This document shows, piece by piece, positions 13,614-25,085 of a stretch of 64,000 nucleotides of DNA (positions are counted from its first letter, which is position 1; the number at the start of each line of letters is the position of its first letter). The position numbers and the translations under genes are program-made. Below the pieces are notes generated by a model. The model was not told the DNA's origin. It saw only the letters and a list, made by a program, of their open reading frames with translations, and ran no database searches. The stretch comes from Blepharisma stoltei ATCC 30299 (Eukaryota; Protista; Ciliophora): the NCBI GenBank assembly GCA_965603825.1, contig CBFDEM010000038.1, positions 124,001-188,000 on the forward strand. The letters run 5' to 3'.

Positions 13614-13762
13614 AAAGCTCAATTACGGAGGAATCTGAAGGATTCAGGAATCTATGAAAATACTCTAATGCTCGAGTTAGGTGATTAATAAAATGTAAAT
13701 ATACAAAAGCATTTGCAGAGGTAGCTTTATTATAAAGCATTAACAATTCTCAACGCTTATAA
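13614..13762 (+). repeat. ~150 bp direct repeat, copy 2 (copy 1 at 9048-9195)
   Basis: Direct alignment with 9048-9195. Confidence 0.9.
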
Positions 13763-13809
13763 CTCGAAAGCATTAAAAGATTACTTTTAAGCAAACCATT
13801 TTATTTCTA

Positions 13810-14866
13810 TTATAAATAAATCATTTTCTTCTCGTTCAAATCAAACTTGAAGTAAAATCTTCTCTCTAAGCAAATATATATGTATATTCCTCCTTTATTA
13901 TATAAACAGTTCACTTGGTTGGGAATTGCGATGCCAAAGTCTTGTAGTAATCTCCAATCCATACAACTTCCAATTTCACTTTCATAGATTGATCCAGGTC
14001 ATTCAATCAAATATAGTCTCTCTGCACTTATCAAGGCCTTTATTGATTTTGCCCGAAACTCATAAGTAAAGGTCGAGAAAGAGTCAATATCAATTGAGTA
14101 TAACAAAAGATTTTTACTTATAAATCCAGAAATCAAAATATTCCCATTGAATATTACACTACTGCAATTTTCATCAGCTTCTGGCATTGGAGTTAATTGA
14201 ATTCATCGATTTTGAGCCAAATCAAATCTACTAGATAGAGTTAAATAATTATCAGAAACCCCTCCAAAGCAATAGACGCTGTTGTTGAAAAAGATACAAA
14301 AAATAATAAAATAACAACTGCAATTTATTTATTACAGATGGCAACGCTTCGACTCCACCATACATATTAATTAGCACTGTAACTCCAGAAGCTCGACCAT
14401 TACCAAAGCAAAATAGCTTGCCATTCGGAAGTTGAGCTATGCAAGTCCATTGGTCTAGTGGTTGTGAAGTGTGCAAGATTTTGACTTTTTTGGTTTCAGT
14501 TTCAGTGTTATAAATATTTAAAATAGGTCTCTTGTGTTCTCGTATGATATTATAAAGAGATGTCTTTTTTTGATAAGCATTATGATAGTCTTGGTAAGCT
14601 TGTATTAGCAGTCGATTATTGGCACTAGAATTGTTCTGATATGCTGAATAAGTTGTTCCGAAATCCATCTCTAACTTTGGATTGTTTGGTCATCTCAAAA
14701 TCTCAGTTATCTCATTTATTAAGATATTTATAATGTATAAGTTGCTTTCTATTTCTTCGAGTTTGTTATCGATATCATTAGTAATGATGCTCATTTGAAT
14801 AAGCAAGCCTCACTCGCTTTCTGTTTTTATGTTTTCAAGCTCTTTTAAATTCTTTCTGATCTCCAT
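13810..14866 (-). pseudogene. Kelch-like beta-propeller gene with N-terminal coiled-coil-like region; one frameshift near 14300-14335
   Basis: ATG 14866 to TAA 13810 spans 1057 nt (3n+1). Frame 1 gives WTCIAQLPNGKLFCFGN. Frame 2 gives NNSVYCFGG...FDLAQNR-W-IQLTPMP, a Kelch GG...W motif. It could be intact if an unrecognised intron is present. Confidence 0.6.
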
Positions 14867-15378
14867 TATTATAGAGGAAAAATTGTTTTACTGTTTTAAC
14901 TGAGTTTAGTGTAATAATCACTCTTGATTTCCTACTGACGATTTCTTGAATTAGAGTTCCTTTGTATTTAAAATGCATTTAATCCTAGCTATTAAAATTA
15001 TTATTAAGATAAGTCCAGCTATTAAAAAATACCATTTGGAGATCTATATTAAATTAGATTTTGAAAGCAGATGCTGTAAAAGCTCTGCTGTTTGGAAAAG
15101 CATGTTACACAAGTATTTATCAAATTTTGATATAAATCGATTTATTATTACCAATTTTCAGGGGTATGTTAAGCTAGTATTGATTGACGAAGATAAACTT
15201 ATAGTAATAAAAGCTGTACTGAAAACTGAATTTAAAATAGTTAATTCAATATATGTTTAAAAATAATACATTTTATAAATATAACATAGACCATGCTTAA
15301 TAATTTTAGATATGATCTTCATTGTTTACATTGCTTTTATTATTATAATTGCTCCAAGCTAATGTCTGATTAAATGTA

Positions 15379-16803
15379 TTAATTATTTCCCTCACCATTA
15401 TTGATATCAAGCAGCATTAACCTCAAGCTCACTGCCTTATCAGAATTTTCACCTTCCTCAATCACTCTATCCAGCACCCTAATCAGCCTATTTCTTTCCT
15501 CACTCCCCACAATATTTTTATCTTTTCCAAAATATTCAGTCAGCCCTTCAAGTACAACTTTCTGTGATGCTTTCATTTTATCTACCAAACTTATCATTTC
15601 TCCAATCAACCCTATTTGGGCTACTCTTCTAGCTTGCTCTGCATCGCAAACTGTAGCTGTATTTCCTATTACCCAAATTGCTTCCTTTTTAACGTCTTCA
15701 CTATCTTCTTTTAATACCTTCAATAATTTCTCATAAACTTTTCTTTCTAACAGCCCTTCAACAGCTTCTTTTTTTTCTGCACAAATATTTGACAGCATTC
15801 AGCAGATTTCTTTTCTTACGTTTTTTTTGGGACATAAAATTAATTCGTCTATTTTATCTAAAAACCCAAGTCTGAACATAATTTCGTAGGAATTTGGTAA
15901 TGATGATGAAATATTGCCAAGTGTCCGGAGAGAAGAAATTTGTAAAGAAGCATTATTACTAGAGAGCTGCTGGATTATTTTTTCTAAAAATAATTCATTT
16001 TTGAAAATTGGTAAACTTCCATCTATATCTGTAAGATATGAGCATCCCCAGGTTGCATCTGTAAGGGCTTCTACATCATGAATTCCCAGGATGACTCTTT
16101 CTAGAAATGAAAATAAAGGTATCACCTTGTCGAGTTTGGGCTGAGGCTTTCCTCTTATGAAGTTTGATACTACTCATGACAGCGTCCTTATTACGCTCTG
16201 CTTTTGAAAGTCGACTTCAGCCAAAAACTCATAAACATAATTGAATTTTTCGTGGTTTAAAATTGTATCTCTGCATTTAGCAGAATCTCCAGCGACATTT
16301 CCAAAAGCCCACATCACCTGTTCTTTAATATCATAATTATTTTTCTTAAAAACAGTAAACAAAAAAGGCAGCACACCAAGTTTTAGCAAATAAGAGCCCT
16401 GTTCTGAGCTTCCTGACAAAATATTTGTAAATAGTCATGTAGCTTCAAATAAAAATTTATCGTCATCTTTTTCGTATGCCAAGGAAATTATATGTTGGCA
16501 AATCCCTGTTTTGATGACATCGTCTATAGGTGGGTTATCAACTTTAGAAAGGGATTTTCTAAGAAACTGTAAACCTTCAAATTGGAGCACTGAGTTATTT
16601 GAGTGGATTTTGTTAGCGGCAGCTAAGATTGGTTGGTCTTCAATTTGGATATCAGTATGAGATGTGACTGCTAGGTTGGCAGGAGCTGCTGCTGGGTTTG
16701 GGCTTTGACTATCAGGGGCTTGAATATTATCATTAGAAATAGCAGAAGCGATTGGGCTATTTTCTTGATTGGCTGGATCGTTGTAGTTCTGTATTTCTTC
16801 CAT
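15379..16803 (-). CDS. KPNA: Importin-alpha-like ARM-repeat protein lacking an IBB domain, copy 2 (intact, 474 aa)
   Basis: Four ORF pieces in one frame joined by TGA exactly at the ARM W-x3-N positions (FEAT-W-LFTN, TLS-W-VVSN, KEIC-W-MLSN). Also LRKSLSKVDNPPIDDVI, EQVMWAFGNVAGDS, DATWGCSYLTD, LRTLGNI, KKEAIWVIGN. Confidence 0.9.
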
Positions 16804-17823
16804 TTATTAAAAATTATATTAATTTTAAAGGTAAGTAGAATTTAATTCATGTTATTGGGTAAGCAAATAAACAAAGGAATAAAAATTATGAAATTTGAAA
16901 GGCTTGTGGAATCTTTAGAATGCATTGGTGAAGCAATTAAGATTGATTCAATGAATTCTGAGTTACAAAATAGAAAAGGATAATTCATTTCTATCTTGGA
17001 AAGCTATTATTATAGACTATTAAACAAATCCTCTGCCTAAATTTACGGAAACACAGAAACAAGACCTATCCTTATCAAGTGATGGAGATCAAATCTAAGA
17101 TTAATAAAAAATAATGGCTTTTTTCCAACCACTTTAAACAGAATGCAGCTTATCCAATTCTCTCTTATTAGATACTTTAGTGCGAAATAATCTACTATAT
17201 GATTTCAGTTTATGATATAGGTTTACTATTTCAACTCAAATCTTGCTCTGCAATTAAAATAATTCATTTTGTATAGACTTTCAAGGTTGTCATTAATTCG
17301 AAAATAGATCCCTCATAATAAGAGAAAAATCTGTAATTGGAAATAATCAATTCATGCATAGGCTAGATGCATATTAAATTATAAGCACTTCTTTAACAGA
17401 TTAAAAAAATTGAACCTTGCAAAAATAATTTCATAATTTACTATAGAAATATACACTTGGTTAAAAGAAAATAAAGCAAATTTATAGCAATTATGGAGAG
17501 ATTTCTCTTTTTCTTGAAAACTCAAAACTTTACCTTTAAAATTATATGTAAAAATTGATAGAAGAGCACCCCTATTAGTATAATTTCAACTTCACCCCTT
17601 TTCAGATAAGCAAAAGATGAAATAGAATAAAATTTTGAGCGAAAGAAAATGAAGCTATAAGGAAAAGAATAAATGATAAAGGCTAGAAAGAAATAAAATA
17701 TTAGAAATGCCCGCTATGTCATCAAAAGTCACTGATTAGTTAAGAAAATAATTAAATATAGATATTGCTAATTAAATATTAAGGAATTGCTGAATATCTA
17801 TTTTATTCGCCTCTTCTTCACTA
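16800..17823 (+). repeat. Direct duplication of intergenic DNA also found at ~24094-25130, ending in a ~55 bp remnant of the RAP-like gene 3' end (minus strand)
   Basis: Collinear similarity throughout. 17770-17823 reverse-complements to CTT-like ...AGT GAA GAA GAG GCG AAT AAA ATA GAT ATT CAG CAA TTC CTT AAT ATT TAA (SEEEANKIDIQQFLNI*). Confidence 0.8.
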
Positions 17824-17880
17824 ATAAAATAAAGTAATGAACAAATTTTTTCTTGCAGCTTTATATTTTCAATTCTATAG

Positions 17881-20800
17881 GTAAATTGAATGCTGCAATA
17901 ATAATTTAGCTGAAAATCATTAATTATTATAGTCTTTTCTTAAATCCTTTGTGCCTATGGTTGATAATTATTTCAATATTCTAAATTATCTGGAATATAA
18001 ATGCTGAGGCTTAGGTTTTTTGCCAAAGGATTCTTTCGATCGTTTTCAGAATTTTCAAATCACTACAACATAGGAAAAGCTCGGATAGATCTAAAACTTG
18101 CAAGTGCTAAAAGTTTAGAGTCATTTATAAACGATATAGACGTGTCCAAAACTTCTCATTCAATGCTTGCATACACACTTCAAATTGTTGATATGCAAAA
18201 TCAAAGATCTGGCTCAGAAGCATGAAACAAGTTAAAAAAAATTAAAAACGAAGTTGAAGAGAACCTTGAAAAGCTTGATTCTCAAGGTATCGTCAATTTT
18301 TGTGAGTGAATTGCAAGCTCTTATAGATTTACCACAGAAGTATCTCTAACAAAAGAGAAAAAGAAAATATTAATTGATTGCGTAAATAAGCATTTAATTA
18401 GTCGCTCTTTTGACCGGAAACAAATTTTATCGATCTATGAAAATTTGGTGCCTAAAGGGTTTAAAATGGAAGAACTAGAAAATGAGGTTAAAAAAATGGC
18501 TGGGAGTAAATTAAATTTGGAAGAAATTTCAAAAATTTTAACTGGAACTGGAAGATTTATTTATACTTCAAAGAGAAGCTTATTTTTCGCTTGCATGAAA
18601 AGAATCCTTCAACTAAATAAAGAAGAACTTGATGGAAGACACTTAGCCAAAATTTTAGACGCTTTAGCTATTAAACAGCCTACAAGCATACAGATATATT
18701 TTTCAGATTTTTTAAAATTGATTGAAGATAGTTTACCTAGATGGGAAGAAAATGATTTATTATCAGTAATCAAGTTCTATAAGAATAATACAGATGGCTA
18801 TAAGGGTCTATACCAAAGTGCACTAAAAAGACTGAATATCTTGCTTAGTAATAATCAATCCATAGAATTTATAATTGAATTGACAACTCTTTTAAAAAAT
18901 TCACCAAAAAATTGTTTTATCGCTGATGAAATAGTTTTAAAAAGCATACTAATAATTAAGGAAAAATTGTCGAAAGAGTCAATAGACTCAGAAAATATAA
19001 TAAAAATACTTAGGCTTATAGGCCCAAATATTGATTATCAGACTGCACTTACATTAGCACACCAAATAAATAGTAAAACCCTTTATTTAAATGAACTCAT
19101 GCAAATATTTGAAAAAGCATCATGATTATGTATTAGCAAAGAAGGAAAACTTTTCCCTTTTGCAAATTTAATTTCAAATAAAATTAGCTATAAAAAAATT
19201 GAAGATATTGGGTGTCATTACAAAATAGATGTATTATTCAGCATTATTCATACAAATAATTATGAGCTATATGGCCTGCAAAAAATAAAAGATTTACTTA
19301 TAGATGACTTAAGAGAGTGAATTACTTTAAGTGATGACAATACTAAACTTTTTATTAGTATTGCTAGCAGAAAGGAATATAGTTCAAAGTTCTATAGAGC
19401 AATAAAACCTTTGCAAGCCACAGCTTTTCGCTCATTAATAAGATTATCGAAGGAATGCAATTCCTTATTTTTTTCGATTTTGCTTTATGAGTGTGATCCA
19501 GAAAAATGAAAAGACTTTGTGATTGAAAATAAAAATAACTTTTCATTTGAAGATATCTTAAGCACAATAAGATTTTATAAAGGACCTTTTGAGGCAATTA
19601 TATTTTTACTAGAAAAGTATAAAAATAAGTTATCTCCGTGATGGATAGGTGCTGCCATGGATAGAATTGTTGAAGTGAAAAATGTTCAAATTCTAAATGA
19701 TTTTGCCCGTATTTTAAACAAAATAGACCCTCATTACTTATTATATGAAAAAAATATCATCATTAGAATTGATAAATTTAATCATCTTTTTTTGCATTCC
19801 GACTTTAGTTTACTGACAGATTTATTTGCTGGCGCATTAAAATTACTAAAAGACCTTCCTATTGATTCTATCTTTAGCAATCGAAATATCTTAATACTCA
19901 GCTTTGCTTCAATGCTTGGCAAGCTAGAACCGGAAATTGCTGATTCTGTTTTATCTAACTATTCTTATATGAATGATATTGATCAATGAAACATGCTGAC
20001 TATTTCTTCAAAATGTACCGATATGAAGCTGAGAAAAAATATAATCGACAAAGTTTTCAACAAGTTCCATGAGAAATTGAATCATACTGCTCTTCCTCAG
20101 ATTATCAAACGATACTGATATCATCCAAAAACGGAAATTGATAATTATATTATAGATGCATTAAAAAAAATTGTTCCACTTTTAGGAAAATACGGTCTCT
20201 GAGCTATGGCAGATGTAATTTACAAGCTTTCCCAAGTGAATATAAATGATCATTTAGAGTTATATAATGCAATATCATCCCTATTAAAAGAATTGGTTTT
20301 AAAAAATGTTGGAAAAATACTATTCGCAGAGTTTGATATATTGCTGGGTTTAGCTCATAATAATATGCCCATGGATCTTAATTTTGCTCAAATAATATCG
20401 GAGAACACTAGGAATTATAAATTATATGATAGTGAGAACAAAAGAGAAAAGCTCATTGAAAAAATAAAAACAGTAGGATTATCTGACAAAAATGCAGTTT
20501 TAGCAGTTTGTAATAAGCATGATAATTTTAGAACAGCTTATTTAGCAGAAACTATTTCATGTTTGGCAGAATTAAGATTTGAAAAAGAGGCATGGGCTAA
20601 CCATATGGCTAATGAATTAATGGATTATGTAGAAGATAAAAAGATATCCTTTGAAAATGATAAAGAGCACATCAACTGGATATATGGGCTTGTTGCTTTT
20701 AAAGCTAGTAAATCAGAAATTATGAGACATATAGAAAACAGTAAATATTTTGAATGCGAGTCGCCAACTTTTAAGCACTTTTTACTTGAAAATCATTTTA

Positions 20801-23476
20801 GCATGGATCCAAATTACAAAGAAATTAGGATACTCAACCAAGAAACTCAGAAATATTGGCAGGATTTTGACTATTTTAAATATTTTGGAATAGAAAAGAC
20901 ACTCATCAGTCGTATTGAATCATCGTCCAGTAAAGCTAATCTTGAAGTAAAAGCTGGGGCGTTTATTGATGGGATATGGATGCCTTTTTACATTCCACTT
21001 AAAAATACAGCTTTATGGCCAGTGACAAATTCGGTTCTTTTATATCGCTCAAATCTTTTAAAGGGAGAATTTCTAATGCACCGAAATCAAATTATTAGAA
21101 AGGTAAATGATTTGAGAATTCTTAGTAAGGAAGAGACGAATAAGATAGGAGAAATAGATATAAAGCAATTTCTTAAGATTTAACATCATGATAAGAATTA
21201 TCAATACTAATTTCTTTCATCAGCGATACTTCAAGTGCTCATTCTATTTATGGCTTCTCTCTTTTTCTGTCTTCACCACTAATTATCTTTCTTCTACGGT
21301 TAATTTAATTTATCTTTATTTCTTGCTACCCCATTTTTTAAAATGGAAGAAGGCAACATAAGCCACCTTTAAATTCTGCTTTTATAGAGCGAAGAAAAAC
21401 CCTACTAGATTTGATTCATCATTTATTCCCTTTTTAATGGAGTGCAGATCAAAAGCAGGTCAGCCTTAGACCCACAAAAGGATAAGAATATCCACATCCT
21501 TGGCTTTAGCAAGGGTGGTTTCTGTTATAGCTTTAGAGCTCCCATAACAAGTCCAAGGATTGAGAAAATACAGAATTTGCTAAATATTCATTGAAATTTA
21601 TTTATCTAAATCTGTAGAGTATTCTTTTCTCAATTAAATCGAGCTGAGCACCAAAGAAGAAAAGGAGGCTATAATTTGGCCTGACATCATACAGTTAATA
21701 TGGAGTAAGTAGAGAAGTGCGGAGATGCTGTGAGAAACTGGTGCTGAGAGAGACGATCTATATTGGAGTTTAGGTAGATGATTTATTTAAATTTTTGAAA
21801 GTGGAATACTCACCTATACCTGGTGGGATTTGGATGAATAACTGAAGTATTTTATTTTAATCCTGGTTATTAAATTATTAATAATATAGGCTCAGCTTTA
21901 AACAATATCTATATTAAATTAGATTTTAGAAGTAGATGCTGTAAAAGCTCTGCTGTTTTTAAAAGCAGGTTATCAACTATCAAATTTGATATAAATCGAT
22001 TTTTATTATTATCAATTTTCAGAATTGATTGACGAATATACTAAATAAAAGGTAAAGATTTGATTATATTACAGATTTTCATAATAAATCGAACCCTTTT
22101 TGTATTTTAATCTGCTAACTCCTCATTTACATAGTCAAGATCTTATTTGAGAGTTAAGTTCAAACTATCAATATTTGAACCTGTTAATTGTTTTAAGCTA
22201 TTAATAAAGTGTATCTCTTACTTATTTTTTTGATAGCTCAATTGGTTTCACCATCAGCATTTTCATGCTTTATTTTATTTGCTTCTTTAGCCAACTTCTA
22301 ATTCATGTGGAAGCTTTCTTCATGAACTGTTTAAAAAATCAATTTCCAAAATCCTTTCAATCTTACGTTGCATTCAGGGTAAATTAATAAATATGAGCTA
22401 TAATTTATTTATTTTGATTGATAAAGAAATTAATATATAGATAGGAAAAGGTATTGATTATAAAGAAATAATAGAGGAGAGGCCATAGATTTAGCAATAA
22501 ATTAAAGGAGCTCATAATATTTTTTCACCAATGAGTATAAGTGCTCTGTGCTATTTTAAATAGTTTTGCGATATCATTTTGTAAATTTAGTATAAACCTT
22601 AATAATTTAGATATGATCCTTGTTTACATTCCTACTATTATAATTGCTCCAAGCTAATATCTGATTAAATGTATTAATTATTTTCATTATTGATATCAAG
22701 CAGCATTAGCACCAAGCTCATTGCCTTATCAGAATTTTCACCTTCCCCAATCATTCTATTCAACACCCTAATCAGCCTAATTCTGTCCTCACTCCCCACA
22801 ATATTTTTATCTTTTTCAAAATATTCAGTCAGCCCTTCAAGTATAACTTTCTGTGACGCTTTCATTTTATCTACCAAACTTATCATTTCTCCAATCAACC
22901 CTATTTGGGCCACCCTTCTAGCTTGATTTGCATCGCAAACTGTGGCTGTTTTCCCTATTAATAATATAGCTTCCTTTTTAACGTCTTCACAATCTTTTTT
23001 TAATATCTTCAACAATTTCTCATAAACTTTTCTTTCTAATAGCCCTTCAACAGCTTTTTTTTCTGCACAAATTTTTGACAGCATTCAGCAGATTTCTTTT
23101 TTTACACGTTTTTTTGGACTTAATATTAATTCGTCAATTTTATCTAAAAGTCCAAGTCTGAACATAATATCGTAGGAATTGGGTAATGATGATAAAATAT
23201 TGCCAAGTGTCCGGAGAGAAGAAACTTGTAAAGAAGCATTATTACTGGAGAGCTGCCGGATTATTCTTCCTAAAAATAATTCATTTTGGAAAATTGGTAA
23301 ACTTCCATCTATATCTGTAAGATAGGAGCATCCCCAAGTTGCATCTGTAACGGATTCTTCATCAAATATCGCTAAAATGACTCTTTCTAAAAATGAAAAT
23401 AAAGGTATCACCTTGTCGAGTTTGGGCTGAGGCTTTCCTCTTATGAAGTTTGATACTGCTCATGACAGCGTTTTTA
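17881..23476 (+). repeat. Left arm of a large inverted duplication (right arm 28896-35205)
   Basis: Near-identical reverse complement over genes and intergenic DNA. Outer ends are GTAAATTGAA (17881 with 35205); inner ends are TAAAAACGCTGTCATGA (23476 with 28896). Confidence 0.95.
18001..21183 (+). CDS. Putative mitochondrial-targeted helical-repeat/RAP-like protein, copy 2 (1060 aa)
   Basis: Single frame with TGA=Trp, TAA stop, full-length paralog of 10389-13577. Confidence 0.7.
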
Positions 23477-24097
23477 TCAATCTTGGCCTATAAACGTTCA
23501 TTCCAGCCAAAAACTCATAAACATAATTGATTTTTTCGTGATTTAAAATTGTATCTCTGAATTCAGCTGATTTTCCAGCGATATTTCCAAAAGCCCACAT
23601 CACCTGCTCTTTAATATATAAATTATTTTTCTTAAAAACAGTAAACAAAAAAGGTATCACGTCAAGATTTAGCAAATAAGAGCACTGCTCTAAGCTTCCT
23701 GACAAAATATTTATAAATAGTCATGCGGCTTCAAATAAAAATGCATCGACATCTTGTTCGTATGCTAAGGAAATGATATGTTGGCAGATCCCTGCTTTGA
23801 TGACATAGTCTATAGGCGCGTTATCAACTTCAGATAGGGATTGTCTGAGAAACTGTAAACCTTCAAATTGGAGCTCTGAGTTGTTTGACCGGATTTTGTT
23901 AGCGGCAGCTAAGATTTGCTGGTCTTCAATTTGGATATTAGTGTGAGATGTGACTGCTAGGTTGACAGGAGCTGCTGGTTTGGGCTTTGAATGCCAGGGG
24001 CTTGAATATTATCATTAGAAATAGCAAAAGCGAGTGGGCTATTTTCTTGATTTGCTGGATCGTTGATGTTCTGTACATTTCTGAAGCTTTCTTCCAT
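22674..24097 (-). pseudogene. KPNA: Importin-alpha copy 3, full length but with a 1-bp frameshift near 23978 (pseudogene or homopolymer error)
   Basis: ATG 24097 is out of frame with the ARM region. It reads AAC CA GCA where copy 2 reads AAC CCA GCA. The rest is open to TAA at 22674. Confidence 0.7.
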
Positions 24098-25085
24098 TTA
24101 TTAAAAACTATATTAATTTTAAAGGTAAATTGGTATTGAGGTATTTAAGATATATCATATTATTGAGTAAGCAACTAAACAAAGGAAAGGCTTGACTAAT
24201 CTTTAGAATAATTTGGTGAAGTAATTAAGATTGATCTAATGAACTCTGAGTTACAAAATGGAAAATAAATTGATTAATTCTTTTCAATCAAAATATGAAA
24301 AAACTAGGCATTATTATAGATATTAAACAAATCCTCTGCCACGAGAGCATTGAAGCAAGACCTCATCCCTTATCAAGCGATTGAGATCAGTCAAATCAAA
24401 ATGGTAATAATCCAATTCTTTCTTATTAGATATTTTAGTGCTAAATAATCTATTATATGATTGCAATTTATGATGTAGGTGTAATATTTAAACTCAAATT
24501 TTGCTCTGTAATTAAAATAATTCTTTTTAGATGGTCTGTTAAAGTTGTCATTAATTCGAAAAAATTAAAAAGCTTCCTCATAATAAGAGGAAAAGCTGTA
24601 ATTAAAAATAAGCAATTTATTTATAAGCGATAAGCAGTTAGATTTATAGTACATTATTCGCAATTCTTTAATAATTAAAAAAATTGAATTTTACAATAAT
24701 TTCATAATTGACTATAGAAATATGCATTTGGTTCAAAGAAAATTAAACAAATTTATAGTAATTATGGAGCGATGCTCTCTTTTTCTTGAAAACTCAAAAC
24801 TTTCCTTTAAAATTTTATGTAAAAAATTGATAGAAAAACATCCCTATCAGTATGAGTTCAACTTCATCCCCTTGTCAGATAAGCAAAATCATATAGAATA
24901 CCATTTTGAGTGAAAGAAAATAAATTTATAAGGAGAAGAATAAATGATGAAGGCAAGAAAGAAGAGTAAAAGAAATAAAATAATATTACAAATGCTCTCT
25001 GTGCCATCAAAACGTCACTAACCAATTAAGAAAATAATTAAATATAGATGCAAAAAATATAATATTGCTAAACTGAAATTAAATA

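Noticed and set aside
14973-15260. 95-aa ORF, and similar ORFs at 10010-10225 and 24722-24913
   Set aside because: They lie in duplicated intergenic DNA whose other copies do not keep the frame.
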